Assembly: GCA_036744375.1 (NCBI GenBank)
Contig: DAINSU010000003.1
Location: 7,154 to 71,153 of the forward strand
Length of the DNA stretch: 64,000 nt
Reading direction: 5' to 3'
DNA from: Anaerolineaceae bacterium
Lineage (GTDB): Bacteria > Chloroflexota > Anaerolineae > Anaerolineales > Anaerolineaceae
Position 1 is the stretch's first letter. Each line of letters begins with the position of its first letter. Below are positions 42,726-53,634 of this stretch, one piece after another. The notes beneath the pieces are model-generated. The model was not told the origin of the DNA. It ran no database searches and saw only the letters and a list, made by a program, of their open reading frames with translations. The position numbers and the translations under genes were made by a program.

Positions 42726-45700
42726 ATGTTCAAAAAAATTAGCAACATTTTCGCGGGAGACTCGCAAAAACGCAGGCTCGATAAGCTGGTCACCGTGGTC
42801 GATCAAATCAACGCACTCGAGCCAACCTTCGAGGCGCTCTCCAATGACGCCCTGCGCGCCAAGACGGACGAATTCCGCCAGCGCCTCAGCCAAGGCGAAA
42901 CACTCGATGACCTGCTGCCCGAGGCTTTCGCTGCCGTGCGCGAAGCCAGCAAGCGCACGCTCGGCTTGCGCCACTACGACGTGCAGCTCATCTGCGGCAT
43001 CAACCTGCACCAGGGCAACATCTCCGAGCTGCGCACGGGCGAAGGCAAGACCTTAGCCGCCACCCTGCCGCTCTACCTCAACGCGCTGGAGGGCAAGGGC
43101 GCGCACCTCGTGACGGTCAACGACTACCTCGCCCGCCGTGACGCGCGCTGGATGGGACCCATCTACGACCTGTTGGGGCTCAAGGTGGGCGTGCTGCAAA
43201 TGTCCACCAGCGCCGATGGCAATCAAGTGGCTTACATCTACGATCCCGAAGAGCACTCGCTGCGGGAGGAGACCAACCTGCTGCGCCCAGTGCGTCGCGC
43301 GGAGGCTTACCTCGCCGATATCACCTACGGCACCAACTCTGAATTTGGTTTCGACTACCTGCGCGATAACATCACTATGAGATGGGAGAGCCGTGTGCAG
43401 CGCGGTCATCACTATGCCATTGTGGATGAGGTGGATAACATTCTCATCGATGAAGCCCGCACCCCGCTGATTATCTCCGGCCCTTCGCATGAGGACGCAG
43501 AATATTACATCCGCATGGCACAAATTGCCAAAGCGCTCAACCCTGAGGATTACGAGGTCGATGAGAAAGACCGCACCGTCAGCCTGACGGAAATCGGGGT
43601 GGCACACGTGGAGGAAATGCTGGGCATGCCACTCTCGGATCCAGAGCGCCCGGAGGATATCACCCCGGAGCAAGCTCACCTCTTAGGCTTTTTGGAGCAG
43701 AGCTTGCGCGCGCAATTCCTCTTCCACCGCAATAAAGATTACATCGTACAAAACGGTCAGGTGATCATCGTAGACGAATTTACCGGCCGTATGATGCCCG
43801 GCAGGCGCTGGTCCGATGGCTTGCATCAAGCCATTGAAGCCAAAGAAGGCGTCAAGGTGCAAGCTGAGAACGTCACGCAAGCTACCATCACCATCCAAAA
43901 CTACTTCCGCATGTACAAGAAGTTAGCTGGTATGACCGGTACGGCTATGACCGAGCAGGAGGAGTTCTACCGCATCTACGGGTTGGATGTCCTCGCAATC
44001 CCGACTAACCTCGAATACCGCGCGATGCGCCCCAATTCGGACTTGTTGGAGTTGGAGGCAAAGGACGAGGATGGCTACAAATATAGCTATTACGCCTATA
44101 CCTCCGACCCGGAGAAGAAGCCAGTTTATTTCAAGCGTAAAGATTTCCCGGATGTGGTTTACCGCACAGCCGAGGGTAAGCTCCGCGCGATTGTGCAGGA
44201 AATCATCCACTATCATGTCATCGGCAGGCCACAATTGATCGGCAGCGCCTCGGTGGAAAGCTCTGAGCGTCTTTCGGAGCGCCTCTCCGCCGAGCAAGTG
44301 CGCCGCTTGTTGCAAACTCTGCTCATCCGTGAAGCTTGGAAAATCGAGAATGACCCCAAGGGCGAAAACTTTACCGCCCCGCCGGAATTGGAGATGCTCA
44401 ATCAGCCGCTCAACGCGCTGCGTATGCCTGAACTGCGCAAGCTGGCGAGCAATTACGGCATCACCACGCTTGACCTAAGCGACGAAAGCAACCGACCATT
44501 ATTGCTGCGCGCGCTCAAATTAGAAGAGAAAGATTGGCCGCGTTTGCAGGCGCTATTCGACGCCGGCATTCCCCATCAAGTTTTGAATGCGCGCAAGCAC
44601 ACCGAAGAGTCCATCATTATCGCTGGCGCTGGTGCTTACGGCGCTGTAACCATAGCGACCAACATGGCAGGCCGTGGTGTGGATATCAAACTTGGCGGCG
44701 AGATCCCCGAGAGCCTGCTCGCAGAAGTTAATCAGGTCTTAACCACCGTTGCCGAGGTGGACCCGTACAACATGACCATGGAACAGCGCTTAGCTGCTTT
44801 ACAAAACCTGAACTCTAAGCTGGATGAGGAACAGCAAGCTGCGGTTACTGAATTTATCGAGCATATGAACAACATGCAGAAAGTGCGTGAACTGGGCGGC
44901 TTGCACGTGATCGGCTCGGAGCGGCACGAAGCCCGCCGCATCGATAACCAGCTGCGCGGCCGGGCTGCCCGCCAAGGTGACCCAGGCTCCTCACGGTTCT
45001 ACCTCTCCTTAGAGGATGACCTGATGCGCTTGTTTGGCGGAGATCAAGTGCAGGGGCTGCTCAATCGCTTCAAGTTTGATGAAAATATGCCCATCGAAGC
45101 CAATTTGATCGGCAGGCTCGTGGAGCAATCGCAAACCCGCGTAGAAGGCGCCAACTTTGATGTGCGCAAGCACTTGCTGGAATACGATGACGTGCTCAAC
45201 GACCAACGCCAACGCATTTATGCCCAGCGCGATGCGATCTTCAAAAAAGCCGATTTGCGCGAAGACGTAACCGAAATGTTACGCACGGAAATCAGCCAGC
45301 GCGTCCAAAACGCCATGGAAGACCCGGAAGGACCCTGGAAACTGTTAGCCTACTTAGAGGAAATTCAGCCCGCAATTGATACGCCTTGGGCAAGTTACCC
45401 TTCTTTCCCCTTCCGCTTAGCACTCGATCAACTCGGCACCCCTGCGGATGAGGATGAACTGGCAGCAGCATTGCTCAAGTTAGCAGAGGATGCCCTCTCG
45501 GCTGAGGATGCGCACATGCTGGAAAGCGTGCATGCCTTACTGGATAGAACCGAACAAAGCCTCAAAGCCCAATTAGCTGAGCGTAATGATATCTTAGATA
45601 CCTACTTAGATAGCTTAGATCCGCAAGATCGGCATGATTTGCAAAATGAACTCTCCTCCATCTTGGGTATACCTATGCGGCTGTCTGCTTCTCAGCAGAG

Positions 45701-46751
45701 AGCGCTGCTGGAGGACCCACGCGGGCAAAAGCCTTGGCTGCAAGATTCCTTACGGACGAACCTTACCACGCTGCATTTACGCCGTTTATTGCTGACGCTC
45801 GAGCGCCGCTTCAACGAATCCTGGCCGCTCAAAGCAGCTGACCTCGCCTCCCAACCTTGGAAAGAAATCCATTCCCAGGTCTTAGAGCAGATCCAAGGCA
45901 CAATGGAGCGCCGTAAGCAGCGCCTGCTTGGCACTGATGGCGATATCGCACGTGATTTGGCAGCCAACGAAGAGCACCTGACTGCGGCGCTCACCGATGA
46001 AAACGAGCGTTTACGCCTCGTGCAGCTCACTACCCAAGGCGTTCGCATCACCTTTGACCCCAAGTCTCACCGTAGGCAGCTGACCACTGCGCCACGCCTG
46101 ACGTATGTTTTTTCCATGGCGCAGCAGCTCGAAGCGCTGCCTGCTCAGCAGATAACGGAGCAAATTTTAGCCCATCTTGAAGAAGCTCAGGCGGTATTCC
46201 AGACCATCTTTGGGCATGCAGAGTGGGAACACTTGCGCAACCAAGAGGTAACGCTTGACAAATTAGCTCCAAATTCTAAAGATATCTTGGCAGAAGCGGT
46301 CGGTAAGGAGCACTTTGAGCTGCTTGAAAGTTTGCCATTGGATGAAATTTCTTCTGAAGATCAGGAGCCCTTAGTTCAAGCACTAGGCGAGCTTGCCCAA
46401 AACCGCATCTACCGCCAGCTGCTTTTAGCGACCATTACCCAAAGTTGGGTCGAATACCTCACCCGCATGGAAGCCTTACGTGTCTCCATCAGCATGGAAT
46501 CCTATGCCCAGCGTGATCCATTAGTACAGTATAAGTCCCAAGCCAGCACAATGTTCACAGAGCTGCTCTCCGAAGTGCGCCAAACGGTCATCAGCAAAAT
46601 GTACCGTTTCCGCCCTTCACTGCCGGCAGAATACACCACCGGCTTGCGCAGCGCCGCCAGCCCTCAGTTAGAGCCGGCTTTAGTTGGTGCAAACGAAGCT
46701 CGTCTGAATGACCCGCCAGCCAAATCAAAGAAAAAGCGTAAACGCCATTAG
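42726..46751 (+). CDS. secA: preprotein translocase ATPase SecA (unusually long, 1341 aa)
   Basis: Contains [51 protein letters not shown] and [31 protein letters not shown]. Large insertions are present, and there is no C-terminal Cys zinc finger. Confidence 0.97.
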   Translation: MFKKISNIFAGDSQKRRLDKLVTVVDQINALEPTFEALSNDALRAKTDEFRQRLSQGETLDDLLPEAFAAVREASKRTLGLRHYDVQLICGINLHQGNISELRTGEGKTLAATLPLYLNALEGKGAHLVTVNDYLARRDARWMGPIYDLLGLKVGVLQMSTSADGNQVAYIYDPEEHSLREETNLLRPVRRAEAYLADITYGTNSEFGFDYLRDNITMRWESRVQRGHHYAIVDEVDNILIDEARTPLIISGPSHEDAEYYIRMAQIAKALNPEDYEVDEKDRTVSLTEIGVAHVEEMLGMPLSDPERPEDITPEQAHLLGFLEQSLRAQFLFHRNKDYIVQNGQVIIVDEFTGRMMPGRRWSDGLHQAIEAKEGVKVQAENVTQATITIQNYFRMYKKLAGMTGTAMTEQEEFYRIYGLDVLAIPTNLEYRAMRPNSDLLELEAKDEDGYKYSYYAYTSDPEKKPVYFKRKDFPDVVYRTAEGKLRAIVQEIIHYHVIGRPQLIGSASVESSERLSERLSAEQVRRLLQTLLIREAWKIENDPKGENFTAPPELEMLNQPLNALRMPELRKLASNYGITTLDLSDESNRPLLLRALKLEEKDWPRLQALFDAGIPHQVLNARKHTEESIIIAGAGAYGAVTIATNMAGRGVDIKLGGEIPESLLAEVNQVLTTVAEVDPYNMTMEQRLAALQNLNSKLDEEQQAAVTEFIEHMNNMQKVRELGGLHVIGSERHEARRIDNQLRGRAARQGDPGSSRFYLSLEDDLMRLFGGDQVQGLLNRFKFDENMPIEANLIGRLVEQSQTRVEGANFDVRKHLLEYDDVLNDQRQRIYAQRDAIFKKADLREDVTEMLRTEISQRVQNAMEDPEGPWKLLAYLEEIQPAIDTPWASYPSFPFRLALDQLGTPADEDELAAALLKLAEDALSAEDAHMLESVHALLDRTEQSLKAQLAERNDILDTYLDSLDPQDRHDLQNELSSILGIPMRLSASQQRALLEDPRGQKPWLQDSLRTNLTTLHLRRLLLTLERRFNESWPLKAADLASQPWKEIHSQVLEQIQGTMERRKQRLLGTDGDIARDLAANEEHLTAALTDENERLRLVQLTTQGVRITFDPKSHRRQLTTAPRLTYVFSMAQQLEALPAQQITEQILAHLEEAQAVFQTIFGHAEWEHLRNQEVTLDKLAPNSKDILAEAVGKEHFELLESLPLDEISSEDQEPLVQALGELAQNRIYRQLLLATITQSWVEYLTRMEALRVSISMESYAQRDPLVQYKSQASTMFTELLSEVRQTVISKMYRFRPSLPAEYTTGLRSAASPQLEPALVGANEARLNDPPAKSKKKRKRH

Positions 46752-46764
46752 GAGCCAATAATCC

Positions 46765-47547
46765 ATGGAGATCTTAGTCACAAATGATGATGGTGTGCAG
46801 GCACCTAGCTTGCTTGCTTTGGTGCAAGCCCTGCGTAAATTAGACGCGAAAATCACCGTGCTGGCACCAGATCGTAATTGGTCCGCCTCGGGGCACGTCA
46901 AAACCATGCACCGTCCACTGCGCCTCTCCCAAACCGTGCTAGCGGATGGCAGCCCCGCCTGGCAATCCGACGGAGCACCTTCCGACTGCGTCGCCTTAGC
47001 TATGATGGGCGCATTAGAGCAAGATTTTGACCTATTGGTCTCAGGCATCAACCCCAACGCCAACATCGGTTTGGATGTAACCTATTCCGGCACGGTCACC
47101 GCTGCCATGGAAGCGTCCATTTGGGGAAAACCCGGGATTGCCGTCTCGCTGGATGCTCCAGAAAATCACAGCGGGCAGTTAGATTTCCGCTCGGCCGCAG
47201 CAATAGCTGCAAGGCTCACTTGGCTGCTGGCCGAACGCTCTAATGGCACTCATCCGGCACCGATTTACAACATCAATATTCCCTATCGCCCAGAAGGAAA
47301 TTATGCTGGCGTGATGATTACGCGCCAAGGCGTGCGCATCTACCGCGACGTGCTGGAGAAGCGCATTGACCCGCGCGGCAAGCCTTACTATTGGATCGCC
47401 GGCGACCCGCCTTCGGGTATCAAGGAAGATGGCACTGACTTTGGTGCCTTAGCCGAGGGCTACATCTCCATTACCCCCCTCACGATGGATATGACAGATT
47501 TCAATTTGCTCGCGAAGCTGAAAAAAGAACAGCCTCTGCAGCTTTAG
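46765..47547 (+). CDS. surE: 5'/3'-nucleotidase SurE
   Basis: Contains ILVTNDDG, SGINPNANIG.DVTYSGTV and the C-terminal ISITPL. Confidence 0.93.
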   Translation: MEILVTNDDGVQAPSLLALVQALRKLDAKITVLAPDRNWSASGHVKTMHRPLRLSQTVLADGSPAWQSDGAPSDCVALAMMGALEQDFDLLVSGINPNANIGLDVTYSGTVTAAMEASIWGKPGIAVSLDAPENHSGQLDFRSAAAIAARLTWLLAERSNGTHPAPIYNINIPYRPEGNYAGVMITRQGVRIYRDVLEKRIDPRGKPYYWIAGDPPSGIKEDGTDFGALAEGYISITPLTMDMTDFNLLAKLKKEQPLQL

Positions 47548-47560
47548 TTTTTGTTCCTAG

Positions 47561-47759
47561 TTCTCGCCGCTTTCCCTCATTTTATTCACGCCGGTCTTCC
47601 GACCGAGCGAGGATTTTGACCGCAGGTCTCCCTGATCCTGTTCTCGCCGGTCTTCCGACCGAGCGAGTGAATTTGACCGTAGGTCTCCTTAGTTTTTTGT
47701 TTTGTGATTGATATGTTATTTATGGGGCTTGTAAATAATATTGAGACCTAAAGGTCAAA
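47561..47759. repeat. tandem and inverted GACC/GGTC-palindrome repeats
   Basis: cgccggtcttccgaccgagcgagGAttttgaccgcaggtctcc (47588-47631) and its near copy (47646-47688) each follow ttctcgccg. An inverted partial copy gagacctaaaggtcaaa lies at 47743-47759. Confidence 0.75.
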
Positions 47760-47840
47760 GACTTTCCATGGTTAGAAGTATGCGAAGCCAACTGGGCAGG
47801 AACGATCAGCTTTCTCCACCATTAAAATCGGAGAAAATAA

Positions 47841-47869
47841 TTGACATTATTACATAAAGTCAGTAAACT
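47841..47869 (+). promoter_or_regulatory. candidate promoter of the FHA-domain gene
   Basis: ttgaca, a 17-nt spacer, then taaact, about 40 nt upstream of ATG 47911. Confidence 0.5.
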
Positions 47870-47910
47870 AATACTGTCAACAGGTTCTGATCTAAGCCAA
47901 AGGAGCAGAA

Positions 47911-48516
47911 ATGGCTGAACAAAAATTCCTTATCACAATGCGCTCCGGACCTATCCCGGGGTCCAGTTATTATATTGAGAAAGACGAAGTCTACCTCGGC
48001 CGCGACCTGAGCAACGACTTACCCGTCCCCGATCCCGAAATCTCCCGCCGGCATGCGCGCTTTTTACGTAAACCCGATGGGGTCTACATCGAAGACTTAG
48101 GCTCCACCAATGGGACTTTCGTCAATGGCGTGCGCCTTACCGGGCCGCAGCTGCTGCAACATGGCGACCTGATCACCTTAGCTGATAACACGGTGATGAG
48201 TTTCGAAATCAAAGAGGAAGCTACGCAACCCATGCGCGTCAGCACGCAAACCTTTGAACCTGGGCTCTATGAAGTGCCCAAGCCAGCACCAGCTGCTAAA
48301 AAAGAGTACGAACCGGTGGCAGCGCCTACGCCGCAGCAACCCGTCGCACAAGCTCCCCGTGCGGAGGCGCCTAAAAAGGGTATGGGCTGGTTTGCAACGC
48401 TCTTGCTTGTGCTGCTCATCGTGATCGTCATCGTTGCGCTGGTGTTGATCTTTATGCCGGCTTCATGGTGGTGTGCGCTGACCTTCAATCAGCTGCCTGG
48501 CTGCCCCATTTACTGA
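47911..48516 (+). CDS. FHA-domain protein with Pro/Ala linker and C-terminal TM anchor
   Basis: The FHA core is LGRD..ND..V.DPEISRRHARF......YIEDLGSTNGTFVNG. The TM segment is WFATLLLVLLIVIVIVALVLIF. Confidence 0.88.
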   Translation: MAEQKFLITMRSGPIPGSSYYIEKDEVYLGRDLSNDLPVPDPEISRRHARFLRKPDGVYIEDLGSTNGTFVNGVRLTGPQLLQHGDLITLADNTVMSFEIKEEATQPMRVSTQTFEPGLYEVPKPAPAAKKEYEPVAAPTPQQPVAQAPRAEAPKKGMGWFATLLLVLLIVIVIVALVLIFMPASWWCALTFNQLPGCPIY

Positions 48517-48537
48517 TAACCATAAAATCAATTTCAT

Positions 48538-48565
48538 AGGCTGATGTAACCATCAGCCTTTTTTG
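48538..48565 (+). terminator. rho-independent terminator
   Basis: A 9-bp stem aggctgatg/catcagcct with loop taac is followed by a tttttt run. Confidence 0.8.
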
Positions 48566-48757
48566 CGTTGGGATTCGAGCGGGTCATAAGGGTAATTTGA
48601 AAAATCGGCTCAAATTTTAGCCTTAAGGCAATATCACAAGATGTTTGTACATAGACCTGCTTTTGAATAATCACCCTGTTTTTACGTCTACGGGCAGAAA
48701 GAGCTTTTAAGGGGTATAATTTAAAAGTTAGCGATTAATCAAACAACGAGAAAAGAT

Positions 48758-51286
48758 ATGTCTGAAGAACCTGAAAATCCTGAAATTCCTGAAAACGATA
48801 ACTCTGGCAGCTTGCAGCAAGTCGATATCGACAGCCAAATGCGCACCGCTTATCTGGATTACGCCATGAGCGTAATCGTAGCGCGTGCCCTGCCCGACGT
48901 TCGCGATGGTCTCAAACCCGTTCATCGGCGTATTCTCTATGCTATGTGGGATATGGGCAATCGCTCCAATGCCCCTTACCGCAAGTCTGCCCGCATTGTC
49001 GGTGAGGTATTGGGTAAATATCACCCGCATGGAGATGCCGCAGTTTATGAGGCTATGGCGCGCATGGTGCAAGATTTTTCCATGCGTTACCCACTCGTTG
49101 ATGGACAAGGTAACTTTGGCTCTATCGATGGTGACTCGCCGGCTGCCATGCGCTACACAGAAGCCCGCTTAGCCCGCACCGCCGAGGAACTTCTGCAAGA
49201 CTTAGATAAAGAAACGGTGGATTTCGTTGATAATTTTGATGGCTCCCTGAAGGAGCCAGAAGTGCTGCCGGCACGTTTACCCAACCTGCTGATGAACGGC
49301 TCAAGCGGTATTGCCGTTGGAATGGCGACCAATATCCCCCCGCATAACTTGCGTGAGCTGGTCGCGGCGCTCAACTTGTTGATCGACCGTTATGAAGAGA
49401 TTGACGAGGTGAGCGTAGAAGACCTGATGCAGGTCTTGCCGGGTCCAGATTTCCCCACCGGTGGCATCATTGTTGGAGATGAAGGCATCCGCCAAGCCTA
49501 CAGCACTGGTCGCGGCAGGCTGATTATGCGCGGCGTGGCAACGATCGAGGAAACCAAATCGGGGCGGTATGCGATTGTTATTACCGAAATTCCTTATCAG
49601 CTCAACAAAACCAATTTAATCGAGCGGATTGCTGCACTGGTGCGAGAAGGCAGGTTAGATGCCATTGCCGATATGCGGGATGAATCTGACCGGCACGGGC
49701 TGCGCATTGTTATCGAGCTCAAGCGCGGTACACAGCCAAAAAAGGTGTTCAACCAGCTGTACAAGTACACCCCACTCCAATCTACATTCGGGGTGCAAAT
49801 GTTGGCGCTAGTGGATGGCGAACCGCGCATGTTGACACTCAAACGCGCTCTGACCCACTACCTCGAGCACCGTCAAGTCGTGATCACCCGCCGATCGCTC
49901 TTCGAACTGGATAAAGCCAAAAAGCGCGCCCACATCTTGGATGGCTTGCTGATTGCCCTGGCTAACCTGGACGAGGTCATTAAGACGATCCGCGAATCGC
50001 GTGATGCTGAAGTGGCAAAGACTAATTTGATGGAACGCTTTGGGCTGGATGAGGTGCAAGCGCAAGCTATCTTGGATATGCAGCTGCGCCGCTTAGCCGC
50101 GCTTGAACGCCTCAAGATCGAAGAGGAGCATAAGGAAGTCATGGCACAAATTGCAGGGCTGGAGGAATTGCTTGCCAGCCCGCGCAAGATTTTGGAGGTC
50201 ATTCGTGCTGACCTCAACGAAGTGGCAGAAAAATATGGTGATGACCGCCGCACGCATATTGCGCACGACTTGGAAAACGACCTTTCGGATGAAGCTCTAA
50301 TTCAAGATGAGGCTGTGTTTGTCTCGATTACGGAGCGCGGCTACGTCAAGCGTGTCTCAGAAAGTGCTTATCGCGCCCAAGGGCGCGGAGGGCATGGCGT
50401 CATCGGTCAGACCATGCGCGAAGAGGACGAAATCCTGTTCTTTTTACGATGCAATACCTTAGGCACACTGCTTTTCTTCACCGATAAGGGCAAGGTTTAT
50501 TCCGAGCGGGTGTTCGAGCTGCCAGAGGAAAGCCGCCAGGGACGGGGCATTCCGCTCGTGAACATCATCAACTTAGAACCTGAGGAAAGCGTGACGGCAG
50601 TGGTTGCCGTGCCGAATTTTTCAGTAGCGGAATACTGCACCATGGCAACACGGAACGGCCGCGTCAAACGGATTGCCTTATCAGAATTCGAGAGCGTGCG
50701 TCCTTCAGGTTTAATTGCCATTCGGCTGGAACCAGAGGACCAATTGGGGTGGGTGTGCCTCACCACCGGCAACGATGATGTCATCTTAGTCACACGGCAA
50801 GGAAAAGCCCTCCGCTTCCACGAGGATCAAATCCGCCCGACCGGCAGGAACACCATGGGTGTAACCGGTATACGCCTGAGTAAGAATGACACTTTGGCTT
50901 CAATGGAAGTGGTAGAGCCAGACGGCTTTTTACTCGTCTTGACCGAGAAAGGCAACGGGAAGCGTACACCTTTGAGCGAATATGTTCCAAAAGGGCGCGG
51001 CACTTTAGGCGTGGCGACAATCAACCCGAGAGCTCTTGCACAAATTGGCGAAGTTGCTCAAGCGCGCGTGGTTCAGGAAGGCGACGAGGTTACCCTAATT
51101 TCCGCTGCAGGGATTGTACTGCGTACCAAGGTGGCATCGATTCCAGTTCAAGGCCGCGCCACCCAAGGTGTAAATGTCATGGTCTTAGGCGAAGGCGATT
51201 CAGTTGCGGCAGTAGCACGCATTCCTGCTGAAAAGCCGGTCCCCCCTCAGCTCCCAAAGGAGCCGTCGGAGAGCTCCCCCGCATAA
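48758..51286 (+). CDS. gyrA: DNA gyrase subunit A
   Basis: Contains [32 protein letters not shown] and [10 protein letters not shown] (active-site Tyr). The C-terminal beta-pinwheel repeats are present. Confidence 0.97.
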   Translation: MSEEPENPEIPENDNSGSLQQVDIDSQMRTAYLDYAMSVIVARALPDVRDGLKPVHRRILYAMWDMGNRSNAPYRKSARIVGEVLGKYHPHGDAAVYEAMARMVQDFSMRYPLVDGQGNFGSIDGDSPAAMRYTEARLARTAEELLQDLDKETVDFVDNFDGSLKEPEVLPARLPNLLMNGSSGIAVGMATNIPPHNLRELVAALNLLIDRYEEIDEVSVEDLMQVLPGPDFPTGGIIVGDEGIRQAYSTGRGRLIMRGVATIEETKSGRYAIVITEIPYQLNKTNLIERIAALVREGRLDAIADMRDESDRHGLRIVIELKRGTQPKKVFNQLYKYTPLQSTFGVQMLALVDGEPRMLTLKRALTHYLEHRQVVITRRSLFELDKAKKRAHILDGLLIALANLDEVIKTIRESRDAEVAKTNLMERFGLDEVQAQAILDMQLRRLAALERLKIEEEHKEVMAQIAGLEELLASPRKILEVIRADLNEVAEKYGDDRRTHIAHDLENDLSDEALIQDEAVFVSITERGYVKRVSESAYRAQGRGGHGVIGQTMREEDEILFFLRCNTLGTLLFFTDKGKVYSERVFELPEESRQGRGIPLVNIINLEPEESVTAVVAVPNFSVAEYCTMATRNGRVKRIALSEFESVRPSGLIAIRLEPEDQLGWVCLTTGNDDVILVTRQGKALRFHEDQIRPTGRNTMGVTGIRLSKNDTLASMEVVEPDGFLLVLTEKGNGKRTPLSEYVPKGRGTLGVATINPRALAQIGEVAQARVVQEGDEVTLISAAGIVLRTKVASIPVQGRATQGVNVMVLGEGDSVAAVARIPAEKPVPPQLPKEPSESSPA

Positions 51287-52008
51287 ACTTTAGAGCGGCT
51301 GCCATCTTGCGCCTCCACCCATAGACCACCATCATGGTCAATTTCCAACAGGCGTACCCTTCGGGGTGCGCCTGTGTTCTCCTTTAAGGTTACCCACTCT
51401 CCCCGAAAGGCAAGTTGGGCGTTTTTTGCACGGATAAAATCATCAGTAACCAAGCTTTTACGGGTTTGGTCTAGCGTTATCAACAGTTTCTCTAAAAATT
51501 CCAGCGGCTGCGGAGCAAAGCCAACTTCAGTCTCTATGCTCGTAGCTGGGTAACGCAGATCCACATCCGGCGGATACGCATCGCGCGCTAAATTGACCCC
51601 CATACCTAAGATGACAGCTTGCAGTGTACCTCCTTGCCAAAGCGCTTCCATCAGGACGCCACAGATTTTATTGCCATGCACAATCACGTCGTTAGGCCAC
51701 TTAATCAGTCCCTGTAGCTGATAATCTTGGGCTAAGACGTCCACCAGCGCGCTGCACCCTAACAGGCTAAAGCGCGAAACCATACCAAGCTCCTCCGTGC
51801 TCAGCCGCAACAGGAGGCTGAATGTAAGTGAGGATCCTGGACGGGAAAACCACTCTCTGCCCTGCCTCCCCCGTCCTGCTGTCTGCTGGTGAGTAAAAAC
51901 GACGGTGCCGTCCGGCGCACCAAGATCAGCTAAGTCCAAACAGATATCATTGGTTGAGCCGACCTCTTCGAGAATATGGAGAGTAAAGCCGGGGGGTACT
52001 TGCATCGC
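51247..52008 (-). CDS. birA: biotin--[acetyl-CoA-carboxylase] ligase (group I, no HTH)
   Basis: Contains [18 protein letters not shown] and a C-terminal SH3-like tail. I prefer ATG 52008 (MQVPPGF). The 3' end overlaps the gyrA 3' end by 40 nt (convergent genes). Confidence 0.88.
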   Translation of the reverse strand, partial: AMQVPPGFTLHILEEVGSTNDICLDLADLGAPDGTVVFTHQQTAGRGRQGREWFSRPGSSLTFSLLLRLSTEELGMVSRFSLLGCSALVDVLAQDYQLQGLIKWPNDVIVHGNKICGVLMEALWQGGTLQAVILGMGVNLARDAYPPDVDLRYPATSIETEVGFAPQPLEFLEKLLITLDQTRKSLVTDDFIRAKNAQLAFRGEWVTLKENTGAPRRVRLLEIDHDGGLWVEAQDGSRSKVYAGELSDGSFGS

Positions 52009-52010
52009 TG

Positions 52011-53564
52011 TTATGAAGCAGAATCTTTTGGCAGCGAGAAGCAAATGCGGCTGCCTTCCTGATAGGTCTCATCGACCCAGATTTTACCCCCATGGGCTTT
52101 GATGATTTCACGGCAAAGGTAAAGCCCTAAACCTGTACCTTTAGTCTTTTTTGCCACTTCATCGGAGCGGTAAAAACGGTCAAAGATGTGGGGGATATCA
52201 CGCGGGTCGATGCCTGGACCATGGTCGCTGACGCACACTACCACATCATTTAGGCGCACCTTGCCGCTGATACGAATTTCACCTGGAGGCGAATACTTGA
52301 TGGCATTATTGATCAAGTTAGAAATCACCTGGCGGATGCGGTCTTCATCTGCCACCACTGACGGATAATCTTCAGGAAAATCCACCACAATGTGATACTC
52401 AGGCGCTTGCGTCTGAAAGCGCGGCACCAAGGATTTCGCAATCTCCGGGATAAAGATTTCTGACTTGCGAATGCTTAAGCCGCCTGACTGCAAACGAGTA
52501 GCATCTAACAGGTCATCCACCATGGCAGTGAGGTGATCAGCTTCTTCTTCGATTACCGCTAAGCTCTCTTGCACCACTTCACGATCCCACTGTACGTCAT
52601 CCCGTCGGAGAGTGCTTACATATCCCTTGATCAGCGCGATAGGCGTTTTGAGCTCATGACTAACCACGGAAATAAAACTGTTTTGCATCTCCTCAGCCGT
52701 GCGGAAGCGGGTGATATCGCGCACAGAAGCGATAATATTGAGCAGCTCCCCTTCCTCTGAAAATAGCGGGCCGTAGGTGATGCCCACCGGCAGTGTGTCG
52801 TGCGTCACCTTGCGGACGAGGTCACCTTCCAAGTATTGGTGTTCTTGGGCTGTAGTTGGCCAAATTTCCCTGATAGCTTCTTCGATGCGTGTGCCTTGCG
52901 GCGGTTTTGCCCATTCAAAAACTTCTTGAACAGGTTTGCCGATGCAAGCCTCTTGCTTAATTTGTAGCATGTGCTCTAATGAATGGTTGATACGCTCAAT
53001 CGTCAAATCCGGCTTGAGGATCAGGATGCCATCCGCAACGGAGTCAAGCAGCGCTTCCAAGCGTAAGGACTGCTCGCGGGTTTGGTTGAAGAGCCGGGCA
53101 TTGCGCACCGCAATTGCAGCTTGGTTGGCAAAGCTGGTGAGCACAGCCCGATCATTTGCTGAAAATGCACCGCGGTAATTGCGAAAAACATAAATCTGAC
53201 CGATGAATTCCTTCTGGAAGATCATGTTAATGCCCACGCCGCTGATCATGCCCATGCTAACTTCGTTTAGCATGCGGTTGATCTCCGGGACGTAGACTTC
53301 ATCGTTCTCTTCGTTTACCAGAGGTAAGGATTCCAACCAGCGTTGGATGTAATTGAGCAAGGCTTCTGGCATGCCCTCATGCACAGCAATGTGCCAGCCT
53401 TTTTTCTCATCCTTGAGGGCAATGAAGCCAGCATGCCCGATGAGCATCTCGATGGCAATGCGCAGGATGCGCTGAAGCAGTGCCTGCAGATCGAGCTCCT
53501 CGGTCATGAGGCGCGAAATCTCGAGCAGGTAATCCCTTTGCCGAACGCGGTAATCAGGCAGCAT
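52011..53564 (-). CDS. sensor histidine kinase (GAF + PAS + HisKA + HATPase_c), soluble
   Basis: The H-box is SHELKTPIALIKGY, the N-box NLINNAIKY, and the G-boxes DHGPGI and GTGLGL. No TM segment is visible. Confidence 0.9.
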   Translation of the reverse strand: MLPDYRVRQRDYLLEISRLMTEELDLQALLQRILRIAIEMLIGHAGFIALKDEKKGWHIAVHEGMPEALLNYIQRWLESLPLVNEENDEVYVPEINRMLNEVSMGMISGVGINMIFQKEFIGQIYVFRNYRGAFSANDRAVLTSFANQAAIAVRNARLFNQTREQSLRLEALLDSVADGILILKPDLTIERINHSLEHMLQIKQEACIGKPVQEVFEWAKPPQGTRIEEAIREIWPTTAQEHQYLEGDLVRKVTHDTLPVGITYGPLFSEEGELLNIIASVRDITRFRTAEEMQNSFISVVSHELKTPIALIKGYVSTLRRDDVQWDREVVQESLAVIEEEADHLTAMVDDLLDATRLQSGGLSIRKSEIFIPEIAKSLVPRFQTQAPEYHIVVDFPEDYPSVVADEDRIRQVISNLINNAIKYSPPGEIRISGKVRLNDVVVCVSDHGPGIDPRDIPHIFDRFYRSDEVAKKTKGTGLGLYLCREIIKAHGGKIWVDETYQEGSRICFSLPKDSAS

Positions 53565-53634
53565 GGCTCTATTTTATCGCATGTTACCAGTATGTTACAT
53601 CAAAGATGAGAGAAAGCTTATTCGCCGAGAACCC

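Noticed and set aside
42584-42793. 69-aa minus-strand ORF spanning the secA promoter, leader and start.
   Set aside because: It overlaps the secA start codon and promoter on the opposite strand and has no RBS. It is an artefact of the intergenic region.
43053-43679. 208-aa ORF antisense to secA, and many similar antisense or out-of-frame ORFs in the track (for example 268-534, 568-858, 6989-7663, 21422-22009, 31257-31715, 31420-31998, 37128-37679, 49873-50253 and 57006-57398).
   Set aside because: Each lies entirely inside a strongly recognisable conserved gene on the other strand or in another frame. They are rich in Arg, Ser, Ala, Gly, Cys and His, as expected from antisense reading of GC-rich codons. 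None has an RBS or recognisable motifs.
47561-47759. Possible CRISPR array, because of direct repeats of about 44 nt.
   Set aside because: There are only two direct units plus one inverted fragment. They are separated by about 14 nt rather than by spacers of 25-40 nt. No cas genes are present in the window.
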